Shown one piece after another: positions 26,780-37,671 of a stretch of DNA of 64,000 nucleotides (within the stretch, counting starts at the first letter, position 1; each line of letters starts with the position of its first letter). The notes beneath the pieces were generated by a model. It searched no databases, was not told the origin of the DNA, and saw only the letters and a list, made by a program, of their open reading frames with translations. The DNA is taken from the NCBI GenBank assembly GCA_965113315.1, contig OZ220374.1. One strand, written 5' to 3'. The translations under genes were made by a program, and so were the position numbers. The stretch comes from Podarcis vaucheri (Eukaryota).

Positions 26780-27476
26780 ATGACCATGAGTTCGTTTTTG
26801 ATAAACTCCAACTACATCGAGCCCAAATTCCCTCCTTGCGAAGAATATTCGCAGCTCGGCGGCGGCGGCGGCGGCGGGAGCAGCTACCACCACCACCACC
26901 AGAACCAGCCCCACCACCAGCAACCCCATCACCACCATCCTCAGCCGCAGCAGCACCTGCGCCAGCAGCACCACCAGGCTCACCCCGGCCAGCCTCTCCC
27001 CGATTACTACCAGCGGCCGAGCAGGGAGCCCGGATACCAGCCGCCAGCGCCGCCGCCGCCTCCTCCGCCTCCTCCTCCCGAGGCGCTGTACCCCGCGCAG
27101 CCACCCCACCACTACCCGGAGTCGCCTTATAGCTACAGCAGCCTCAGCGCCACTCAGGGCCAGGAGCAGCCGCCTCCCGGAGCCTCGCCGCCACCGCCTC
27201 CTCCGCCGCCCCTGCCTCCTCCTCCGCCACCCCCGCCACCGCCTGCTCCACAGACTCCCGCGCGGAAGGGCCACCATGCCCCGAGCCAGCCCTTGCTCCA
27301 AGGCCACGTCCCGCCACCGCCTCAGCCCCACCAGCGCCATTGCGAAGCAGCAGCGGCGGCGACAGCGCCCGGGGGAATCCCTGCCTGCCCGCTCTTGCCG
27401 GACAAGAGCCTGCCCGGCCTGAAAGGCAAGGAGCCGGTGGTGTACCCTTGGATGAAGAAGGTCCACGTTAACACGG
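26780..27476 (+). CDS. HOXA4: Homeobox protein Hox-A4, coding exon 1 (join 26780..27476,27978..28312; 343 aa)
   Basis: MTMSSFLINSNYIEPKFPPCEEY, hexapeptide KEPVVYPWMKKVHV, donor G|GTGAGT at 27476/27477. Preceded by the conserved leader GAAAAATTAGTATTTTTGCACTTCACAAATTA. Confidence 0.97.
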
Positions 27477-27673
27477 GTGAGTTGACCACCTTCTTCCAAG
27501 GGGAGCCGGGATGGCTTGTATGTGTGTGCGTGGCGAGGTGGAGGAGGCTGGGCTAGGCTGGACTCCGAGGTTGTGTGCATATACGTGTCTGTGTGTGCTG
27601 GCGCATTTCCTAATTTTAAAAAAGCGCGCACGCACACGTGAGAAGCCTTTTGTACTCGGGGCCCTTTATCAAG

Positions 27674-27732
27674 AGATTTACGAGACGCCAAACTGTTAGG
27701 GCAGTAATTATAGTCCCCATAAATTTAATCGC
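27674..27732 (+). promoter_or_regulatory. Conserved group-4 intronic homeodomain-binding cluster (HB1-type)
   Basis: AGATTTACGA, then TAATTA-tagtcc-CCATAAA-TTTAAT, the typical Hox4 intron motif. Confidence 0.65.
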
Positions 27733-27977
27733 CCTGCCTGTGGCTCTGGGCCACGTCTCTTTGAAGCTTTTCTTGAACCCAAATGCCCGTCACCATTTTT
27801 TATGGCTCCCCAATTGTCTCCTATTGTCACGAGCCTGTGAACCATTTTCCTCCCCGCTTCTGTGGCTAATCTAAACCCAGTGTCGAGTTATTATATAATA
27901 ATGATAATGTTCCGTTGCCTTCTTCTCCTTTGTGTCCGTGCGTGTGCGTGTGTGTGTGCGCGCCTGTGTACGCTCAG

Positions 27978-28312
27978 TCAACCCCAATTACACTGGAGGC
28001 GAGCCCAAAAGGTCTCGAACTGCCTACACCAGACAGCAAGTCCTGGAGCTGGAGAAGGAGTTCCATTTTAACCGCTACCTGACCAGGAGGCGACGCATCG
28101 AGATCGCGCACACGCTCTGCCTCTCCGAGCGCCAGGTCAAGATTTGGTTTCAGAACAGGAGGATGAAGTGGAAGAAGGACCACAAGCTGCCCAACACCAA
28201 GATGCGCTCCTCCAACCCCTCCAGTCTTAGCCAGCAAGCCAAAGCGTCAGCACAGCACCATCAGACACCACCGCCCAGGGGTAGGGCGACCCCAAACTCA
28301 GCAGCGCTCTGA
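27978..28312 (+). CDS. HOXA4: Hox-A4 coding exon 2 (homeodomain)
   Basis: Acceptor cgctcag|. [78 protein letters not shown]. Confidence 0.96.
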
Positions 28313-29069
28313 TGGCCTGACAGACGCAGGGACACCCTAACCCACCACACGTCCCGCTCCTGCCTGATTTAATTTGCCATAGGGACTATATTAAGGGGCA
28401 TAAATGCAGAACAAGAACCAGTCACAGGGCACGTGTGTTTAAACCAAAAACCAAAAACAAACACCTTGGACAAAGTGTTCACCTTCTGTAAATATGACCT
28501 TTCCATTCCTACCATGTTTCGTTTTTTAATTTATTTATGGAAATACGGTCCACCTGCAGCATCATTAAAGAGTTGAGGATGGATCCTGTACCTAAGAAGG
28601 ACCCTTTGCAGATATGTTTTAAGGTGTCAACATATGTTAATAAGTGACTTTGTGACATGTGTGTGTAAATCATAGACTTTGTCTTGTTTCGTGGAACATT
28701 CGTGGACTCTCAATTACAGACAGAAGCAAAGCCATTTTATGACGTGGAAGTATTTTGGAAGTTGGAGTGGGGACGTTGCCCAGAGACCCCAGCACCCTCC
28801 AGCCCTTACCGACCAAGAAAGTATGTTTTCTGTGTAATAAGAACAAAAAAGTGTAGTCTCTGCTGTGTAGTCGTGATACATTATCCTCCCCCGACGGTGC
28901 ATTTGTTACTTTTTATAAAAAAGAACGAAAAAGAAAAGTACACCAATATTGCTATAAAGGCTATTTCTGTCTCCGTGTCTTGCCATAGTCAAACGTCCGT
29001 GTACAGTTTGTGAAATCTATGTGTGCACATTTGTGAATGTGTGATGTATATATAATGTCCAGTGCTGGT

Positions 29070-29121
29070 AATAAAATAAAATAAAACCAAACCAAACCAC
29101 ACCTCTCTGTACAAAAATAAA
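29070..29121 (+). terminator. Probable HOXA4 polyadenylation signals
   Basis: AATAAA at 29070-29075 (overlapping repeats) and 29116-29121. Confidence 0.55.
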
Positions 29122-31223
29122 ACTTAAGGCACTAGACACACCGTGAGAAGCGTGCATTTGCCTAGAATGTGTCTTTGTTGACATAAACATGAAAACTCTC
29201 GAGGATGTCTTGTGTACATGCTGTTCAACCCATTCCTTAGGAGAGGCCGAGTACCTGCATTATAGTCGAATTAGTTTTATTAAGGAGTAACGTTTCTCCT
29301 TCCCAAACACCCGAACCACTTTATGTGTAAGGAAGTCACATCGTTTTCGATGACTCTGGCTTCCACATAGGACCATAGACCAAAGCCCCTATGGAAAGCA
29401 GAGAGTTGAGAGTAATTCCCATTGAAACAGGTTGCCGGGGGGTGTCGTTGTAGATGGGCTGAATAGGCTGCCATCCAAGTACCCAGTTTTAAGTGAGTTG
29501 TGGATCGGCCTGCGCAGCCTGTCCATTTCCCTAAGGAGGCGCCTCGGCTTAGCCACTCCTTCTACAGGATACAGTCTACTGTGTGTAGAACAAGAAAGGC
29601 GTCCATCCCCCCAAATTCTCATTCATGACATGTGTCCTCTGCCTACACCATTGGGGAAATATAGTTCTTTCCCGCCTTGTGTGAAGAGAAACGGGGCTAT
29701 TCTAGTAGAATGAAGGGAATAATAACAGTAATAGTAACACTGCACTATCAATGCTTAAACATATTGCAGCATCAGTAGTGACCCCTTAGTTTATTCCAGC
29801 CGCAGCAACTTCCCACAGGGGGGAAGAGGGTCGAGTTGCAATGGCCCACCGCTCTTCGGCATGGGAACAAACCGGAAGCGTTAAAGCCGCACACCCAAAA
29901 CATTATGGTAAAGCCAGATGATGCCCTTGACATGGAGGTTCATGGGGGGGGGTGTCTTCTGAACAGCTTAACCAACCCATGCAATAAGTACAGGTGAAAG
30001 TTGCTAGTTTAACTCTACACCCCCATTGACGTTTACTCCGAGGCAAGTCCCACTGTTGCACAGTGAGGCTTATTTCCAGGTAAGTGTGTCTAGGGTTGCA
30101 CTCTTATAAGTAGCAATTCTTCAGTCTCCTCCTGGAGAGTGGAATACAGTTCTGGGCCCTTTCTGATATCCAGAACTATAATCCGATGCTGGTTTATATT
30201 GGAGACTTAAATGGCGCATTCAGTGCAAAAGCTTGTAGGCAGCTCAGACAGAACTGCCGTGGAAGCATAAGCAGATGGTTTAAATGTATCCTTCGTCCAT
30301 TGGGCTGGGAAGGGTGACACCGCCATTTGAAAAGTTATGGTCTCACTTGCCGTGCAGAAGAGAAGTAAACATTGCTGTGAATAATCTGGAAGTGTGCGTC
30401 GAACTGCACCACCCCAAAGGACTTCCTTTCTTATTTACTATATCCTTAAAGTGCCCTGTCCCGTATGTTTGTTTGTTTGTTGTTAAGAAATAAAAGAGAA
30501 TAGGCTGGAAAACAATATCGCCCCCTCTCCTCCCTGTTAACATGGACCTCTTTTTGTCTAAAGTCTTTGTTTGGTCTGCCCTAGAGAATTCTCTTCTGCT
30601 AAATCCACTGACGCTCGAAAATCAAGAGGAGTGTCCCAAAACTGTTAAATCAGTGATTAGTATTGAAGTATGATTGCGGATCTTCCCTGACTTCCGTAGT
30701 CTTACGCTTGGATCACCCCCCTTTCCCTCCCCCTCTTTCTCCATTGTGTGTGTGGGGGGGGGAAGATCCCGAAATGAAATCACGCTGAAAATAGCAATTT
30801 TACTAGGAATCATTAATCACCTCCTACAATAAATACTTCTTTGTAATTCAACAGCGATTCTGAAAGGCATTCTCTTGGAAAAAGGTCTGAGAAGACACGA
30901 AGGATTTTCCTGGGGAAAATGGGTTCATGTAGAAAGACACAGTCGCTTGGCTGTGCCACGAAAATGTATACTTTCTGGGTGGAGAACCGAACGAAGACTG
31001 GAAAATGCACGTGGCAGATCAACATCGTTCAAGGTAATGTTTTTATTTGATTTTTGGGGTTGTTGTTTTTCTGTTTATGCCTTTCCCCTTGAAAACGCAG
31101 GGCGCTTCACGGTGATGTGTAGGTGTCGATTTTTTTTTAAGCTTGGCTGCCATAATCGATGTAACAATAAGTTCGAAAACTACACCCGACCATTGTCCTG
31201 GTTTGTGCGAGGGCAATGGGGAG

Positions 31224-31240
31224 AGTTCACCGAAAGGACA
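31224..31240 (+). promoter_or_regulatory. DR5 RARE 3' of HOXA4
   Basis: AGTTCA ccgaa AGGACA; matches the conserved 3' RARE of group-4 Hox genes. Confidence 0.8.
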
Positions 31241-31356
31241 AATTTTCTATCCTATTAATTGTTTTTTTAAGAGAAGCAGACTGACCCATCAAACCCTTGA
31301 CCTTTAAAGGCAGGATTCTTTCTAGCTGCTGGACCTAAATCTGCTCCTCTTGCCCT

Positions 31357-31360
<4 letters not shown>

Positions 31361-31407
<47 letters not shown>
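31361..31407. repeat. (CA)23 microsatellite
   Basis: Directly visible. Confidence 0.95.
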
Positions 31408-31409
<2 letters not shown>

Positions 31410-32696
31410 ACTGCATATTACCAAAGAAAGCTGCTCTGGATCCTAAAGGTGGAAGCGCCTTCATGTTTCAGATAGAGTATATGCAAATACCGGTACTTGA
31501 AACAGTCGGGCGTAAAGGTCTAAGCTCTAAGGGGTCCAACCACAAACAAGTAAGGGAGGAGGGCTAGAACTGTGCTGCTTGCCTTTTCCTCCCACTCAGA
31601 GATGTGGCATGCGGGGCGCAGGTTTGTTTGTTTGGGTTTTTATTTTATTGCTGCCTTTGGGATTCACTCGTGGCCAGCATCCACTGCTGAAGAGGGATTG
31701 CCACATGGATTCCTGCAGAAGGGACTGGCCATTTTGGGTTGCAGCATCTACAGGACGAGATGGGTTTGCGTATGTAAGGGAACGAGAAGGGAGGAAGGCC
31801 CAGACTGGTGGGATTTGGCAGGTTTCCATCTCATGCTGTCTAGATTTCCCCCAGTTTTGTAAGCAGAAGGGTGTGTGTGTATACATGGCGCTGTGTAGGG
31901 TTAGAGGATTGCGAAGGACCGTTTCGTCTCTCTTTCTCCCCCCCCTGCCCCCAATACACACAACCCATCTTCAAACTTTAGGCTCATATTTGCTAACTTT
32001 GAGCGTGTGAAATGATCGCCGCAGGCCTCCAGACGATTCTACAAGCTCTAACACTCCTGGTCCAAGTCTTTCATGCCCAACAGAGGCTACAGAACTAGCT
32101 TGAAACTCTGCTCCCCTCCCTACTTTCCTTTTAAGAGAAGTGCCCCTCGGTTTGCTTAGCTTGTTCACTACAGAAATATACAGATCAATATCTTGGTGAC
32201 ACCATTTCACCGGGCAACCTCAGCGTGAACCGACCGGGAAGACCAATAAACAAGAACTGTGAGGTTTTGGATGTGATTTATAGTATACGGAGAAGAGACA
32301 TTAAAAAAAAGACAGACAGAAAGAGAACGTTTCAGAAAGAGAAAGTAGTGTCTTTTTCCTACACTTCCATTACAAGAGAGACAGATGGACACCTAAGACA
32401 GAAGTGCTACTCTCCGGGCAGAGACAATCTCTGACGCGCAGGCTTGACTAGGTTGAGAAGGAGGAGTAGGTGTGAAGATATTGTTCTTGCCCAGCTTTGA
32501 GGGAAATGTTAGCTTTGCAGTTCTGCTAATTGCCAGCTCCCTCCAGAGCAGTTTAATTTACTCACTCCTTTGGCCATGCTGCGGCCCAGGAGGATTAGGC
32601 CGCCAAGTTCTCTTAACTTCTTACTTTGACCCCATTTGAGCTCATTGGTGCTTTTGCCTGTTTCATGAATAATAAGCAGTAGTCCCACCCCCCGTT

Positions 32697-32829
32697 TTAA
32701 AGCACATATTATCCCTCCTTCAAGAATCCTGAAAGCTGTCGTTTACCCCTCCAGAAAACTACAGTTCCCAGCACCTTTAACAAATTATGGTTCCAAGGAT
32801 TCTTGGGGGAAAGCGGGGATGTGCTTTAA
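32697..32829. mobile_element. MITE-like inverted-repeat element
   Basis: Perfect 11-bp inverted ends TTAAAGCACAT/ATGTGCTTTAA, inner inverted pair CAAGAATCCT/AGGATTCTTG, and an internal AACTACAGTTCCCAG motif. Confidence 0.65.
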
Positions 32830-32873
32830 TTATATGATGCTCAGGCAACTGTAAGTTAGGCGCGTTGAAATCT

Positions 32874-33087
32874 GGGTTGAATCCAACCTAAGGTACCTGC
32901 ACTTGGATGCCATTGAAATCGATGCGACAAGTCAGACATTAAGCCTGCAAGCCTAACCCCCCTTACCTGGAAGCCACCCTCCTTGCATACAATGGGGCTT
33001 GCTTCTGAGTAGACGTGGCCAGGATTGCTCTGCTAATGCATGAAACCGATGGGCCCTAAGTGCAACTAGCTCGTTCTAGATTAAACC
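32874..33087. mobile_element. Nested MITEs: outer palindromic element interrupted by a ~90-bp family copy (32943-33033)
   Basis: Outer arms GGGTTGAATC/GATTAAACCC and GCACTTGGATGCCAT/ATGGGCCCTAAGTGC. The inner copy is flanked by TAA at 32940-32942 and 33034-33036. Confidence 0.55.
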
Positions 33088-33707
33088 CACCGCGCTTAAA
33101 GTGCTCGCCAGTCCTCTTTGCATCTCATCCAGTCGAGTTTCCGCCTGCCTCGCTTCCTTTCTGGAACTGGCCAAGGTGTGAAACACCTTTGTCTCCCAGG
33201 ACTGGGTGGCAACACTCCTGCTGACCTCAGAAGAATCAAGTTGTCACCCCATCCGACCAGTTCAAAGGGAATACTGACTAAATAGGGTTATGGCCCACGC
33301 CGTGGCCGTTCTCTTACCGACTCGCCCGCCTGACATCCCTATAGCCAGGACTTTTTATCAGGCGGTCCCTGTTGTGATGAAAGGCGTGGGTTCCAAATCA
33401 TGTCTGCTGCCCCAACCTGCTGCCACTGACAATAAAAAGTCGAATTCAAATGACTGATTCGGGGGCTCGGCCGCTTCATTCTGCCTGGGCCTGACAAGCC
33501 CCGCGTTATTAATGCCCAAATGATCTCCCCAGAAACTGAAAAGCTGTCAAAAACCGGCGAGATGATGAGGCCTAAATAAGCAATAGAGAAGCACTGCGAG
33601 GGTAGATAAAGGTGTTGCGTCTGTTCTTCTCGGGTATTGAAATTTTAATCTGGCCGGGTTGGGGAGGGGAGGGTTGGGGGGTGAAAGAGAGAGAGAAAAA
33701 GGATGGG

Positions 33708-33721
33708 ATGTCACGTGACAT
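33708..33721. promoter_or_regulatory. Palindromic extended E-box ATGTCACGTGACAT
   Basis: Perfect 14-bp palindrome (USF/MiT-type GTCACGTGAC) followed by TAAT-rich motifs. Confidence 0.5.
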
Positions 33722-36700
33722 TAAATAATTAATGCAGATCTTCACGAATGGATCTGTGGCGGTCAGTTCTCACTAGTAGGAGTGATTCTTTCCGAAGTGA
33801 AAGGGAACTTCCTCTTTGACTTTTTTTTTAATATATAAAAACCAAAAAACCCCAAAAGCATGCCTACCTGGTTTATCTTTTGCAAGGCTCCTTAAACTCC
33901 TTAAGCGAGCATTAAGGGGGATGAGGTCGGTAAGTATGCGCAGGCCGGTCGTGTGCCTGGACTGCCTTTCATTGTTTGCACTTGCCTTCCTTTTTGATTG
34001 GGGAGCCTTGACTTAAGCGACGGGGAGATTTACGAAATGTTCCATCTTTGTTGCGAAGCTGCCTTGTGGTCGCATTATGCCTTTTTGGTGATTAAACCTA
34101 AAGCGAGGCGATTTGATAACGTTCGAGTACTAATTCACACTGTGGAAAGTTGCCACAGTGCGGGAGTCCTGGCTTTTTTGTGTGTGTTTCCCCCCCCAAT
34201 TTGCCATGCGTTCATAAATCACCGGCTCGCAGAGCAGGGCCAAGAAGAGAAACCGGAGAGGCGGCGGCGGCGGCGGCAGCAGCAGCAAGCATTGTGAGGA
34301 AGGGAATAGAGGCAGGCGAGGGGGGCGGGAGACGACAACAGAAGTCATGGACACATTTCTCTATGACTCATCATTAAGCAGCGCGATTTAGTACCCAGTT
34401 TAAAGCACCGCAATTAATAGCAGAGTTTTGTGATAAGCCCCCCCCTTTTAACTCATGGCGTTTTGTTAAGTGCTCCATTGCTACTTTCTAACTTTAAAGC
34501 TGCAAAGGAGCAGCCCTCCCCCCCCACCCCAAGAGGTCTCTAAAATATCATAGCATGTAGTTTAATCGTCCCCAAATATACCACCAAAAGCTATTGAATA
34601 GCACGATGCTGATTTAATAGTAAGCACATTAAGTGGTTCTGTATGCTACTGCTTTCGATTGTATTGCAGTTTGCCACGCGATGGGCTGTTTAGGAAGTAG
34701 TTTGAACGTTAAACACCAAAGGAGTTTCCCAGAATAGAGAACTGGTAGGATAGAGAGCGAGCAAGAAATATTATTATACCCTTAAATACTCCTTGGTATA
34801 GAAGCAGCTGTCTGGCAAAATCCACGGGCAGTTCCAGAAATCGAAGCATCTTACTAATGTGGGAGTGCAATAAAACCCCCAGTAAGCGATTTAGAGCTTC
34901 TCCTTTCTTTTGTCCTGCTAGATGCCTGCTTAGCACCAAATCTAAAATTATAATAGTCATTACCAAACGATCCAATTACCAAAAGCAAATTCTATCATGC
35001 CAAGTTCTCCCAAGATGAGATTTAAAACTTTTTTTTTCAAGCCTTCGATGACATTATTCCAAGAAACAGCACTAAGCAATTATTAGCAGTCACTTTTGCT
35101 AGCCAGGCGAAGGAGAATCCAGCGGGACATTTAAAGAGGTGGGGAGGCCTGTCAGTGGATTGCGGGAAGCGGGGCGAACATCTCATTGTTACTTTAAATG
35201 ATTAATAAATATATTTAAATAAAATTATTATTGCTTTGAGAAAGTCAATATCCTTATCTTCAGGCTACTTTTCTGCCAGCGGAGCAAAGAACAGCCATTT
35301 AAACCCACAACACACGTCTGTTTCCCCCGTTTCAACACTATTTTTGTTGCTATTGTCCCTAGTCTGATTTTTAAGTCAATTGCAGCCAATGGGAGACAGT
35401 TCAGGGACGGCAGATCAGGCCCACAGATTCAAGTGTGAGCCTAGTTTCGACCGACGTGTGCCTTGCATTTAAAGGAGAGAGTCACATTCTTCTACCATTA
35501 AACAGAGATGAACGTGGCCAGTTGTATTTAATGTCCTTACTTGATTAAATGATGCTAAACAAAGGCTTCCCAGAGGAATATGAAGCTTACATTTCATAAA
35601 AGAGGAATTATAAGATATTCACAGGGAGAATAGTTGTCTTCATAAGAAAGAAGCTTATCTTTCAATTTCATACACGATTGCAAAAGGCAATATTTTTACG
35701 TGTGTTTTTTTCTAAAAGAAAAAAAAATACGCAACTCAACAGCGTCCTTTTAATGATTATATACCCACCGAGGATCTGCTAAAACAACTCAGCAGCTGAC
35801 CCACGTCTTGTCTCGAAAACAATGCTCATCCCCTATAGTTCTCTCATTTAGCTATTACTTGTTCTTTATTTACAGCACTCCGGTGCACCGGAAAATACGG
35901 TTTAAAGACACCTACAATCTGGAAACAATTCTGCCCGGTGGTTGGAAACGCGAGGAGGTAAGAGCCCTGTGGGTGGAAAGAGGGGGGGGGGAGAGAAAAG
36001 AAACGAATCTGTTGTCCAATTGTTTAAAATAGTTTCATATTGCAGAGAAGAGGATTCGGTTTGCTAGCGCTTGTTACAAAGGTTACTGTGAGCTTCGGGT
36101 TTGATAAATAGCTAAATCGGTTGGAATTTTCTGCACTGCGCCAATTCATCTTTCGTCGTCGGTGAATGCACGTCTTGTCAAACAAAGAAATACATAGAGC
36201 CTAAGTAAGAGCAATTCTTTGAGAGCCATTCAGAACAGGGAGGGTTGCACACGGGCTGGAAAGAGCTAGAGAAGCCAATGAAGTCTTTAATGAAAATGCA
36301 TTTTGCTTATAAAATCAGCTCTCTCAGGATAGGCTCGCGATTAAGAGCAGCTCTGCATTTATGATAGCCTGCTTGTTGTTTGCTGTTCCGGATGGCTTTA
36401 GATTGTTTAGAACATGAGAACAAAAGTCACCTTTACAACTTAGAATACCTGAGGATTCTCTATGGCTGCTAGCAACTACTACGAGGAATCAGTAATATCG
36501 CATCTGCTTTCCCTGCTGTTGTAGTGAAATTTAAAATTTTCTCTAGGTGGCCTTGTTTACACCCAGCTGAAGGCAAACGAAATATATTCATTGGTGGCAT
36601 CTATTCATTGAAAACTGCTCTTAATCCTAATAGAGGTGCCTTGCACTCTTCTCTCGTTTCAGTTCTTAAAATCGATGAAAACGCTTAAAAAGCCACCATA

Positions 36701-37584
36701 TGATTCCCCCCCCTTTTATTAACCAGCGTTAGAAGACCAAGGGATATGTAGAGCCGCTTGAGTTTCCTGCTAGAATTACCTGCTTTTATGAGGCTGAAGT
36801 ACAATTAGTTTAGTTTACTACCTTTTAAACGGCAGGCATAAATTACAAGCCTACAAAGGCTTGTTGTGTTGATTTAGCAGCTTGTTGAAATTCTCCCTGC
36901 TAAAAGGCGCTGCGAATGCCCCTTCCTGAGCCATTTCAAGACAAAATGTTGATTTAAAACTATCAACATTCCAAGAAAGGGAGGGGGGCAAATTACTTTA
37001 AAATACAAAACACTTCCAAGTGTCTGAAATATAGCCTGACCGTATCCTCCCAGAAATAGCCTAGACTTTTCTAAGAATAGTATTCAATGCTTAAATATAT
37101 ATATATTGCACTCGTCCCCATTTCTCTGATAAGGATGCATGAAATTTGGACAAACTTTAAAGGATAATAGATGTGATGCAGCGCAGCTGTCCTAATACTT
37201 AAACGAAAAAGATAAAATTATTTAAGGGGGACCCAAAAAGCCCCAACACCCCCCAAAACCTAGTGACATAAAAAACTCACACCAGGCTCTGATAATAACA
37301 GAGTCTCTATGAGAACGTCATTTCCTAGTTCTGATCATCTTGCTTTGCATTTTCAGACATAAACGTGACATAAAATATTCAGAGAAGTTCACTCGGTTTC
37401 TTCTCCGTGTACACAACATTTTAAGGTTAACGTTAATAATCAGCATTCGTTTTGAATGAGGCATATTGCGGAACGGAACTTTAAACTAAGCCCAAAACTC
37501 AATTCACCTAAAGCAAAAAGCACAAATCGTTTTATTTAATCTAAGCCTGGATAGCGGAAGGGAAGTCCCACTTTCTTCGGAGGA

Positions 37585-37671
37585 TTCTCTGCTCAGTATA
37601 TTTACTTGGCAGAAAGTCCCACTGAAATCAATAGGACTTACCTCTGAGTAAATATGCTTAAGCATTGCAGC
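37585..37671. mobile_element. Copy of the ~90-bp palindromic MITE-like family
   Basis: TTTACTTGGCAGAAAGTCCCACTGAAATCAATAGGACTTACCTCTGAGTAAATATGCTTAAGCATTGCAGC. Confidence 0.6.

Noticed and set aside
26777-27691. 304-aa antisense ORF over HOXA4 exon 1
   Set aside because: Shadow of GC-rich, repeat-rich sense codons; low complexity, non-ATG start, no recognisable domain.
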